Under the pieces are notes generated by a model, which worked only from the letters and a program-made list of their open reading frames with translations, did not search any database and was not told the origin of the DNA. Source: an uncultured Spirochaetota bacterium (GTDB lineage Bacteria > Spirochaetota > Spirochaetia > SZUA-6 > Fen-1364). Taken from it: a stretch of DNA of 64,000 bases. The stretch is from assembly GCA_963820525.1 (NCBI GenBank), contig CAWGAA010000001.1:32001-96000 (forward strand), written 5' to 3'. How positions within the stretch are numbered: the stretch's first letter is position 1; the number at the start of each line of letters is the position of its first letter. The translations under genes were made by a program, and so were the position numbers. Of the stretch, positions 1-8,036 are shown piece by piece.

Positions 1-2
1 TG

Positions 3-1640
3 GTGGAAAAGAATCACGGCGTGCGCCTGGACTGGGAGAGCTTCGACCCCCTGAGAGACCCCGAAACGCGGGACCTGATCGCCGCGGGAAAGACCCTGGG
101 GGTCTTCTACGTGGAATCCCCGGCCACCCGCCAGCTCCTCACCAAGATGGAAAGGGGAGACTACGAGAACCTGGTCATCGCGAGCTCCATCATCCGGCCC
201 GCCGCCAACCAGTACATCCGCACCTTCGTCAAGCGCCTCCACGGCGCCCCCTACCGTCCCCTTCACCACCTGATCGAGGGCACCCTCGCGGAAACCTACG
301 GGGTCATGGTCTACCAGGAGGACGTGTCCCGGGTGGCCATCGACCTTGCGGGCTTCTCCATTGAAGACGCCGATCGTCTGCGGAAGATCCTCACCAAGAA
401 GGATCGGGAGCTGCGCCTGCCCGACTTCAGGGAGAAGTTCTTCAGGAGCGGCGCGGCCCGCGGAGTGGAGGAGGGGGCCCTGGAGAAGGCGTGGGACATG
501 ATCCTCTCCTTCGACGGATACTCCTTCTGCAAGGCCCACAGCGCCTCCTATGCCCAGGTTTCCTACCGCCTGGCGTACCTCAAGCGTTTCTACCCGCTGG
601 AGTTCATCGCGTCCGTGATCAACAACGGCGGCGGCTTCTACGGCCGCCAGACCTATGTCGACGAATGCAGGAGGATGGGTTTTCCCGTCCGTGCGCCGGA
701 CGTCAACGCGAGCCGCTGGGAGTACACGGTGGAAGGGGGGGCGGGAGCTGCGGGCGAAGCGGTTGCCCGTCCGGGGGGCGGTGCGGCTGCCCGCCCTAGG
801 GACGGGACGCCGTGCCCCGCGGATGGTACGGCGGCCCGCGAAGCGGCGGCAGCGACGCCCTGCCTGCGGGTCGGGTTGGGGCAGCTTCGCGACCTTTCAC
901 GCCCCTTCATCGAGTCGCTGATCGCCGAGCGGGAGCGGGGAGGGCCCTTTGCGGGCTTTCACGACCTGCTGTCGCGCACCCGCCCCCGCTACTCGGAGCT
1001 GCGCACGCTCATCCGCTCCGGGGCACTGGACTCGATCTCGGAAGGGTGCACCCGGCCGCAGCTTTTCTTCCGCTACCAGAACGCGGAGCGGGAGGAGGGC
1101 TTCGGCTTCGTTGCCCCGGCCCCGCCAGCGGTGGGAGACTACCCGCAGGGCGTGAAGATCCGCGACGAGGTGGAGACCCTCGGCCTGATGGTCTCCCGCC
1201 ATCCCCTCGCGCTCTTCCGGCGGCGCATCGCCGCGATGGTTGAGAAGCATCGCCTGGCGCCATTTCTTCGCTCATCAACCGAGATCCCCCGCTGGCGCGG
1301 AAAACGGGTCTGGATCTCGGGGATCCTCGTAACGGGAAAGGAAGTGGCCACGAAGAAGCGCGAGCCGATGATCTTTGTCAGCTTCGAGGACGAGGAGTCG
1401 GTTTTCGAGACCGTCCTTTTTCCCGATGCCTTCCGCGCGTATTATCCCATCCTGGACGGCGGCTGGGCGTTCCTGGTCCACGGCAGGGTGGAGGAGGATC
1501 TCGGGGCGCTCGCCGTCAGCGTGGAAAAGCTCGTGGCGCTGTCGCGACAGGATGCAACGGGCGCCGGCGCCGCCGAGCGTCCGCCCGTGTTTCTCTGGGG
1601 ATACGGAAATGCGGATGAGTACGCGGCCGCAGGGGGGTAA
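3..1640 (+). CDS. dnaE: DNA polymerase III alpha-family protein, 5'-truncated; probably a secondary/error-prone DnaE2-like paralog
   Basis: Motifs GVFYVES, ETYGVMVYQED, FDGYSFCKAHSASYA, PDVNAS and a C-terminal OB fold (FVSFEDE..FETVLFP). Short C-terminus. The ORF runs off the left edge. Confidence 0.88.
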   Translation: MEKNHGVRLDWESFDPLRDPETRDLIAAGKTLGVFYVESPATRQLLTKMERGDYENLVIASSIIRPAANQYIRTFVKRLHGAPYRPLHHLIEGTLAETYGVMVYQEDVSRVAIDLAGFSIEDADRLRKILTKKDRELRLPDFREKFFRSGAARGVEEGALEKAWDMILSFDGYSFCKAHSASYAQVSYRLAYLKRFYPLEFIASVINNGGGFYGRQTYVDECRRMGFPVRAPDVNASRWEYTVEGGAGAAGEAVARPGGGAAARPRDGTPCPADGTAAREAAAATPCLRVGLGQLRDLSRPFIESLIAERERGGPFAGFHDLLSRTRPRYSELRTLIRSGALDSISEGCTRPQLFFRYQNAEREEGFGFVAPAPPAVGDYPQGVKIRDEVETLGLMVSRHPLALFRRRIAAMVEKHRLAPFLRSSTEIPRWRGKRVWISGILVTGKEVATKKREPMIFVSFEDEESVFETVLFPDAFRAYYPILDGGWAFLVHGRVEEDLGALAVSVEKLVALSRQDATGAGAAERPPVFLWGYGNADEYAAAGG

Positions 1641-1758
1641 AGCCCGGCTGGGGCCGCGCAGGCGGATTTGGCTGGGCTGCTGACAAGGGCTATTCGGCGG
1701 GCGGCGGGGTAAATCGAGGGCAAGGAGCGCTACGACTGCTTCGCGCTCCCCGCTCGCA

Positions 1759-1787
1759 TTGACAAAGCTTCCTGCGCCTACTATCCT
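1759..1787 (+). promoter_or_regulatory. sigma70 promoter of tRNA-Val
   Basis: TTGACA (1759-1764), 17 bp, TATCCT (1782-1787). Confidence 0.75.
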
Positions 1788-1819
1788 GCCGTCTGAAACC
1801 GCTTGAGAGGCGGTTTCGC

Positions 1820-1893
1820 GGGCGGTTAGCTCAGTTGGTTAGAGCGTCTCGCTTACACCGAGAAGGTCGAGTGTTCGAGTCACTCACTGCCCA
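1820..1893 (+). tRNA. tRNA-Val (TAC), CCA not encoded
   Basis: Acceptor GGGCGGT/ACTGCCC; anticodon arm TCTCG-CTTACAC-CGAGA; T arm GAGTG-TTCGAGT-CACTC. Confidence 0.97.
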
Positions 1894-1934
1894 GCGTATC
1901 CCCACACAGTTTGGCGGCGAGCTTCCATAGAGGC

Positions 1935-2063
1935 TCAGCGGTGAGTCGCGATTCTCACGATGGCCTGAATGATCAAAAGCAGGCCGACGACGCCGGCAGC
2001 GGCGAGCAGAAGATATGTGATCCACGCTATGAGATAGCCGAGCACGCCGGATATTCTCCTCAT
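1935..2063 (-). CDS. 42-aa hydrophobic small membrane protein (not in ORF track)
   Basis: MRRISGVLGYLIAWITYLLLAAAGVVGLLLIIQAIVRIATHR; AGGAG 7 nt upstream of ATG; TGgTACAAT extended -10 at 2081-2089. Confidence 0.65.
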   Translation of the reverse strand: MRRISGVLGYLIAWITYLLLAAAGVVGLLLIIQAIVRIATHR

Positions 2064-2164
2064 TGCGCATCTCCTGAGCTATTGTACCACGGCTGGAAAG
2101 GCGCGAAACCGGTTCCGTTGGTTTTCATGAGGTCAACCAGCCCCATTTTTCGGGTTTTTTCAAG

Positions 2165-2193
2165 TTGACAAGGGGCGTAATTGCGGGTATACT
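2165..2193 (+). promoter_or_regulatory. near-consensus sigma70 promoter ~315 bp upstream of the RRM gene
   Basis: TTGACA (2165-2170), 17 bp, TATACT (2188-2193). Confidence 0.8.
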
Positions 2194-2507
2194 TTCGTAT
2201 CTTTGAGAGACGGTGCGTTGTTCGTTGAAGCGCGTTCCGTGTAAAAAGGTGTTGAGTTTCGAGGATGCCGAAACGAGTTTCGTGGAAGAGACAGCAGGGA
2301 TTGAAAGATTCGCGGCAGAGATAGAGCGGTCGTCATAGGCGGCCATTGCCCCCACCTCCCATTCCTCATCATCCCTTCACATGTGGCTCTTCAGTTGAGA
2401 TCGCTGTGAGAATGCGACGACACCAGGTTTATCGTTGATGAACCACAAAGAATAGCGAATGCAGGGACATGCCCCTGCGCAGCAAACAGGAAAAGGAAGA
2501 ACAAAGC

Positions 2508-2807
2508 ATGGCGAAGAAGATCTATGTCGGCAACATGAGCTACAGCACGAGCGAGGACAGCCTCCGCTCTCTGTTCGCTCCCTACGGCGAGGTAGTGTCG
2601 GTCAACCTCATTACAGACCGCTACACCGGCGAATCGAAGGGTTTCGGCTTCGTCGAGATGGCCGAAGAGAACGCCGCCATGGCGGCAATCAGCGGCTTGA
2701 ACGGCCGTGAGGTGGATGGGCGACAGCTCAGGGTCAATGAAGCCCACGACAAGCCGCGGAGCGACAACAGGTCCGGCTCCGGCGGTTTCAACAGGCGCCG
2801 CTACTAG
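2508..2807 (+). CDS. RNA recognition motif (RRM) RNA-binding protein, 99 aa
   Basis: RNP2 IYVGNM, RNP1 KGFGFVEM, Gly/Arg tail; AAGGA upstream of ATG 2508. Confidence 0.95.
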   Translation: MAKKIYVGNMSYSTSEDSLRSLFAPYGEVVSVNLITDRYTGESKGFGFVEMAEENAAMAAISGLNGREVDGRQLRVNEAHDKPRSDNRSGSGGFNRRRY

Positions 2808-2815
2808 AAATTTTT

Positions 2816-2866
2816 GGCTGCCGGCGGCTCCCCCCCGGGTTCCCGGCGGCAGCCCGTTTTTCCTTT
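2816..2866 (+). terminator. intrinsic terminator after RRM gene
   Basis: GGCTGCCG/CGGCAGCC stem followed by CGTTTTTCCTTT. Confidence 0.65.
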
Positions 2867-2972
2867 CTCGAGCGAATCCCACGAGAAAGGGACCCCTTCC
2901 GGAGTGCCCCGTTTTTCACGAACGGGTCCGGTGTCCCTTCTCCGTGAAGGCGGAGGGACGAAGGAGAGAGCA

Positions 2973-3215
2973 ATGAACAGACAGCCATACAAAGCCGAGA
3001 AGAGAAGAAAAGAAATCGCACGCCAGAAGAAGCAGGAAGAGAAGCGGCTGAAGAGGCTGGAGAAAAAGCGCGCGAAGGAAGAGCCGGGAGTCGAAGGGGA
3101 AGTTCCCGAGGGAATGGTCTCGGCCGAATCACCGCTCGAAGAGCAGGCAACGGACGGTCCCGTTTCCCCTGATCCCGCGGAAGGCGGAGTCTCCTCGGGA
3201 GAAGAAGGAGCCTGA
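2973..3215 (+). CDS. 80-aa hypothetical protein, basic N-terminal helix and acidic tail
   Basis: AAGGAG SD before ATG 2973; MNRQPYKAEKRRKEIARQKKQEEKRLKRLEKK then an E/G/P-rich tail. Confidence 0.75.
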   Translation: MNRQPYKAEKRRKEIARQKKQEEKRLKRLEKKRAKEEPGVEGEVPEGMVSAESPLEEQATDGPVSPDPAEGGVSSGEEGA

Positions 3216-3356
3216 AGGAAGGGGAAGCTGCCGGAAGGTCTCCCTCGGCTGCCGTATCCGAAAGGCTCCAGCAGAAGCGGCGTCATCGCCGCGACCTCAC
3301 GAGCGTGAAATCTGAAGATCCCATCATCGGTTTCCAAAGAGAGTAAAGGGGTCGGG

Positions 3357-6062
3357 ATGCCAGCGAGCAAGGCGGCCGGAAGAACCATCTATCTCCTGTT
3401 TTTTATCACGGGCGCGGGCAGCCTGATCTACCAGGTGCTCTGGGTGCGGATGTTCGGCCTGGTCTTCGGCAATACCCTCTATGCCTCCAGCGCCGTGCTG
3501 GCCGCGTTCATGGCGGGGCTCGCGCTGGGAAGCTTCCTCTCCGGCTCCTTCATGGAGAAGAGGACGGACGGGCTTCGCGTCTACTCGATTCTCGAGCTGT
3601 GCGTCGGGATCCTCGGACTCGTGATGCCCTTCGCGGTGAAGCTGGCCTCCACTATCGATATCCTCGTCTACAGGCACTCGCAGCCGTCCTACGAGCTTCT
3701 CACGGGGCTGCGCTTTCTCTATTCCTTCATCCTTCTCGTGGTTCCCTGCACCTTCATGGGGGCGACGCTCCCCGCCCTCAGCACATACGTGAAGGACGAC
3801 CGGCATGACGGCAAGGGCTTCATCGGTCGGCTCTATGGAATCAATACGCTGGGGGCCTTTGCTGGCTGTTTTGCGAGCGGATTCTATCTTATCGGGACGA
3901 TCGGAATCACCAGGACGACGTACCTGGCAGCGTTCCTGAACTTCAGCGTTTTTGCAGCAGCCTACCTCCTGTTCGCTCTTCCAGCCCGCAGGCCGGCGGT
4001 ACAGGAGACAGGCAAGCTTGCCAAGACGGCGGAAGCCGCAGCGGCGGCGCCCACAGACTCGCCTCGGGAGCCGGCGAAAAACCTCCTCCTCGGCCGCGTC
4101 ATCCTCGTGGCCTATGCGTTTTCCGGCTTCGCCGCGCTCGCGCTCGAGGTTGGATGGACGAGGTCCCTGGTCTGGGTGATGGGCATGGATTCATACGCCT
4201 TCGCCGCGATGCTCTGCGTCATCCTTGCTGGAATCGGCCTGGGGAGCCTTTTGTATCCGCCGCTCGCAAGACGGGTGCGCAAACCCATCGTCTTTTTGGG
4301 GTATCTTCAGTTCTTCATCGGGGCATTCGTCATCTTCTCCATATTCGCCGTTCATCGCGCCGTGGGCATCAGGAACGGCTTGAGCGACCTGTTGAACGCG
4401 GCCAACCTGAAGGGCCTCTATGGAGTGATCCCCCCCTACACGATCATCCAGATGGCGGTTTCAGCGGCGATTCTTTTCATCCCCTCCCTTCTCATGGGCC
4501 TTGCCTTCCCCTTCTATGCTGCCGCCTCTATCGGGATAACGGGCAGCGTCGGCAGAGGGATCGGCAATATCTATTCGGCGAATACGGTAGGGGCCATCCT
4601 GGGCTCTCTCTTGATGGGCTTCTTCATCGTGCCGTGGTTGGGGCTCCTGCCTTCAATCGCTTTCATGGCGGCGGTGTATTTCTGCGCCTCCATCGCCATC
4701 GTCATGGCGGATCGTGGAGAACCGGTTGCGCGCAGGCTCGTGACGGGAGGTGCGGTTCTCGCCGTTGCCCTTCTCCTCGGGTTCACGACGGACATGAGCT
4801 TCGCGAGCGTCCTCAAGACAACCCTCGGGGCCGATGAATCGCGCAAGGACGAGGCCATCCTCTATTTCAAGGAGCGCGCCACCGGAAGCGTCCTGGTCAA
4901 GCAGAGCCGCATCATGGGAAAGGAGATGCTCATCGACGGGGTCCAGGTGGCCTCCTCGGGAGACTTCGATCTTCATTCCCACATCTATCCCGCGCACTTG
5001 ATGGGGCTCTTGAAAAAGGACCTCGACGACGTGCTGATCATTGCCTTCGGCGCCGGCGGCACCAGCGGCTCCCTGCTCAAATACCCCGAGGTGAAGCGCC
5101 TCGACGTTGTGGAGATCGCCGACGGGGTCATCGAGCCCGCAAAGAAATACTTCACGGACATGAACTCCAACGTGTTCGCGGACCCGAGACTGAACCTGAT
5201 CATCCAGGACGGGAAGAACTACATCAAGATGACGGACAGGAAATACGACATCATCTACTCCGGCCCCATTCATCCCCAGTCAAACCAGGGGAGCGCCGCC
5301 CTCTATACCCGGGAATACTTCGAGGACTGCAGGGCAAAGCTGAAGCCGGGCGGATTCCAATGCCTGTGGCTGCCTCTCCACATGTCGTCTCCCGACGATT
5401 TCATGGCAATAGTGAAGGCATACATGGAGGTTTATCCCTTCGTCACGCTCTGGCAGATGCCGCAGACGGAAACCTCGGAATCTCACCCCCACCTCATCGG
5501 CTCAATGGAACCGGTTCTCCCGGATTATCGGCTCATCGCCGAGCGGCTCTCACGGCCTGAAATCAGGAAGGACATCGCGCGGCTGGGAGATGCGGGCTTG
5601 TCAAAGCCCTCCGAGTTCCTTTCGGAGCTCGCCATGGACCAGACGCAGTTGGCCGAGATGCTGGGCGGCTTCTCCCGGGTCAACACCGACGACACGCCCT
5701 CCGTCGAGTTCTACAAGAGGCCCTTCGATGTGCAGCTGGCCAGCAAGATCACCAAGATCCTGCTCTACCAACAGATAGAAAAGCGCATGGTGGATCCGCT
5801 GGCCCTCGTTCGAAACGTTCCCGCCTCCGAGAACGGAAAGCTGAAGGATGAGCTGGCCAGGCTCTATGCCGGAAACAGGGCGCTCATCAAAGGGCATGCA
5901 TACTACGTGGCCCGGGTGAGCCTCGACCCGGATCCCCAGATGATGGGGAACTTCAACTATCTCATCATTCGAAACTATTCCCAGGCCCTTCGCCTGATTC
6001 CCGAAAGCGGGTATCTGCGGAAGTTCTTCGCCGACAACGGCTTGCAGCCCATGAGGGATTAG
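3357..6062 (+). CDS. fused multi-pass membrane (MFS-like) / spermidine-synthase-like SAM-dependent transferase
   Basis: Two hydrophobic repeats (LIYQVLW..GRLYGINTLGA; ALEVGW..IYSANTVGA) followed by a Rossmann domain (VLIIAFGAGG, DVVEI, QDGKNYI, LYTREYF, LKPGG). Confidence 0.85.
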   Translation: MPASKAAGRTIYLLFFITGAGSLIYQVLWVRMFGLVFGNTLYASSAVLAAFMAGLALGSFLSGSFMEKRTDGLRVYSILELCVGILGLVMPFAVKLASTIDILVYRHSQPSYELLTGLRFLYSFILLVVPCTFMGATLPALSTYVKDDRHDGKGFIGRLYGINTLGAFAGCFASGFYLIGTIGITRTTYLAAFLNFSVFAAAYLLFALPARRPAVQETGKLAKTAEAAAAAPTDSPREPAKNLLLGRVILVAYAFSGFAALALEVGWTRSLVWVMGMDSYAFAAMLCVILAGIGLGSLLYPPLARRVRKPIVFLGYLQFFIGAFVIFSIFAVHRAVGIRNGLSDLLNAANLKGLYGVIPPYTIIQMAVSAAILFIPSLLMGLAFPFYAAASIGITGSVGRGIGNIYSANTVGAILGSLLMGFFIVPWLGLLPSIAFMAAVYFCASIAIVMADRGEPVARRLVTGGAVLAVALLLGFTTDMSFASVLKTTLGADESRKDEAILYFKERATGSVLVKQSRIMGKEMLIDGVQVASSGDFDLHSHIYPAHLMGLLKKDLDDVLIIAFGAGGTSGSLLKYPEVKRLDVVEIADGVIEPAKKYFTDMNSNVFADPRLNLIIQDGKNYIKMTDRKYDIIYSGPIHPQSNQGSAALYTREYFEDCRAKLKPGGFQCLWLPLHMSSPDDFMAIVKAYMEVYPFVTLWQMPQTETSESHPHLIGSMEPVLPDYRLIAERLSRPEIRKDIARLGDAGLSKPSEFLSELAMDQTQLAEMLGGFSRVNTDDTPSVEFYKRPFDVQLASKITKILLYQQIEKRMVDPLALVRNVPASENGKLKDELARLYAGNRALIKGHAYYVARVSLDPDPQMMGNFNYLIIRNYSQALRLIPESGYLRKFFADNGLQPMRD

Positions 6063-6070
6063 GCGGGCCC

Positions 6071-6118
6071 AAAAAAAGGCGCCGGGAGGAAAGCCCGCGG
6101 GGGCTCTTCTCCGGCGCC
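6071..6118 (-). terminator. intrinsic terminator of the sugar ABC operon (possibly bidirectional)
   Basis: Long GGCGCCGG-based stem with A7 on the + strand (U7 on the - strand), between convergent genes. Confidence 0.75.
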
Positions 6119-6142
6119 AAAAGCCTTTCCTCCGGCGAGAAT

Positions 6143-7060
6143 CTACTCTTTCAACGATCCCACGGTGAGTCCCTTCACGAAATATCTCTGGAAGAAGGGG
6201 TAGGCCAGGATGATCGGCCCGATGGAGAGCACCGCCATCGCCATCTGGGCCGATCGTGACGGCATCCTTCTCAGGATCTCCCCCGTGACGCCGCTCAAGT
6301 TGCCCGCCATGCTTGACAAATACTGGATATCCATCTGGACCCGATACATGAGGAACTGGATATTGTACCACTGCGGGTCGGTCACCAGCATCAGGGGCAG
6401 CCACCAGTCGTTCCACAGCCAGATCGTGGTGAAGAGCGCAATTGTGGCAAGGCCGGGCTTGGCCAGGTGTATGATGATTCTAAAAAATATCGTGTACTCT
6501 CCCGCGCCGTCCATCTTGGCTGATTCCACGATGGAGTCGGGCACGTTGGCCCTGTAGAACGTGCGCATGATGAGCACGTGCCACCCGTTCATCAGGTAGG
6601 GCACGAACAGGGCGAATGGGGTGTTTTTCAGGCCGATCCTTGTGCAGACGATGTACCAGGGGGCGAGACCCGCGGAGAAGAGCATCGTGAAGAACACGAA
6701 GAAGGAGAAAAACTTCCCCCAGATGAAGTCCCTGCGCGACAGGGCGTAGGCGTACAGAGCCACGGTAAGGGCCCCGCACAGCGTGCCGGCGACGGTGACG
6801 ATGATGCTCAGGACATACGCCCGCAGCACCGCGTCTCCACCCGTGCGGAGCACGAAGTTGTAGGATTCCGTGGAGGTCTTGGCCGGGATGAGCCTGAAGC
6901 CGCGTATCGCCAGCGTCGTCTCGTCAGAGAACGAGATGCCCAGAACGAGGAAGAGGGGATAGAGGCATATGACCAGCATTGCCAGGAACACGATGTGCGT
7001 AACGATCTGGCCGATGGTTCCGGATTGATGCGCCTTGGTGGTAAGCGTCGTTTCGTTCAT
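6143..7060 (-). CDS. carbohydrate ABC transporter permease (MalG-type)
   Basis: EAA loop IVESAKMDGA, WNDW, YPFFQRYFVKGLTVGSLK; start moved to ATG 7060 behind AAGGAG. Confidence 0.93.
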   Translation of the reverse strand: MNETTLTTKAHQSGTIGQIVTHIVFLAMLVICLYPLFLVLGISFSDETTLAIRGFRLIPAKTSTESYNFVLRTGGDAVLRAYVLSIIVTVAGTLCGALTVALYAYALSRRDFIWGKFFSFFVFFTMLFSAGLAPWYIVCTRIGLKNTPFALFVPYLMNGWHVLIMRTFYRANVPDSIVESAKMDGAGEYTIFFRIIIHLAKPGLATIALFTTIWLWNDWWLPLMLVTDPQWYNIQFLMYRVQMDIQYLSSMAGNLSGVTGEILRRMPSRSAQMAMAVLSIGPIILAYPFFQRYFVKGLTVGSLKE

Positions 7061-7073
7061 TTCCGTCTCCTTG

Positions 7074-8021
7074 CTAGAACAGGCTCTTCTCTGCGTCGAC
7101 CCTGCGGACGACGATGTTCGACGCCAGCACGAGGACGAATCCGACAACGGCCTGATAGAGGCCCGCCGCGGCCGACATGCCGATGTCTCCTGCGTTGATG
7201 AGGGTGCGATACACGTAGGTATCGATGACGTTTGTGACGGGGAACAGCGTCCCGTTGTTCATGGGCAGCTGGAAGAAAAGCCCGAAATCTCCATAGAACA
7301 TCCGCCCGATTCCCAGGATCACGTTGATGATGATGACGGGCGAGATGAGGGGGATCATGATGTTTCGGATGGTCTGCCAGCGGCTGGCCCCGTCGAGGGC
7401 GGATGCCTCGTAGTAGGTTATATCGATGCCGGAGATGGCGGCGAAGTACACGACGCTGGTATAGCCGGTGTATTTCCAGAGGTTGGCGAATACCAGGAAG
7501 AACGGCCAGTAGTTCTTTGCCGTGTACCAGGCGACGGGCTGCTGTCCGAAAGCGGGCAGGATGGCTTTGTTCAGCAGGCCGAGGTCTACAGAGAGGAAGG
7601 AGAACGCCAGGGTGCTCACGACGACCCAGGAGAGGAAGTAGGGGAGGAACATGACGCTCTGGTAGAAGCGGGCCACGCCCTTGGAGCGAAGGCCGTCCAG
7701 GGCCACGGCGGTGGCGATGGCGGAAAAGTTGCCCAGCGCAATGAAGACGATGTTGTAGGCGATGACGTTTCGCGTGACGATCCACGCGTCGGGCCCTGTG
7801 AGGAAGAAGGCGAAGTTCTGGATGCCGTTCCAGGGGCTCCTCAGGAAGCCCAGGGAGTAGTTGATGTTCTTGAACGCAATGAAGATGAACCCCATGGGAA
7901 CGTAGCTGAAAATGAGCAGCACCACGATGCCGGGGATCAACATGCTCAAAAGGCCCAAATTCAGTCTTCTTCTGCGCGGCCTTCCATGGAGAGATACCCC
8001 GCTAAGGGCTTGTGAACTCAT
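7074..8021 (-). CDS. carbohydrate ABC transporter permease (MalF/LplB-type)
   Basis: LPYFLSWVVV, YYEASALDGASRWQ, VIDTYVYR. Confidence 0.93.
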   Translation of the reverse strand: MSSQALSGVSLHGRPRRRRLNLGLLSMLIPGIVVLLIFSYVPMGFIFIAFKNINYSLGFLRSPWNGIQNFAFFLTGPDAWIVTRNVIAYNIVFIALGNFSAIATAVALDGLRSKGVARFYQSVMFLPYFLSWVVVSTLAFSFLSVDLGLLNKAILPAFGQQPVAWYTAKNYWPFFLVFANLWKYTGYTSVVYFAAISGIDITYYEASALDGASRWQTIRNIMIPLISPVIIINVILGIGRMFYGDFGLFFQLPMNNGTLFPVTNVIDTYVYRTLINAGDIGMSAAAGLYQAVVGFVLVLASNIVVRRVDAEKSLF

Positions 8022-8036
8022 CTTTAGGATCTCCTT

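Noticed and set aside
2265..2324. 19-aa basic uORF (MPKRVSWKRQQGLKDSRQR) in the RRM leader
   Set aside because: No well-spaced SD and the start lies in a hairpin loop; unsupported without Ribo-seq.
4718..5518. AACCGGTT cores inside the membrane/SpeE-like gene (~4720, ~5509)
   Set aside because: Only the 8-bp core, inside a CDS; expected by chance.
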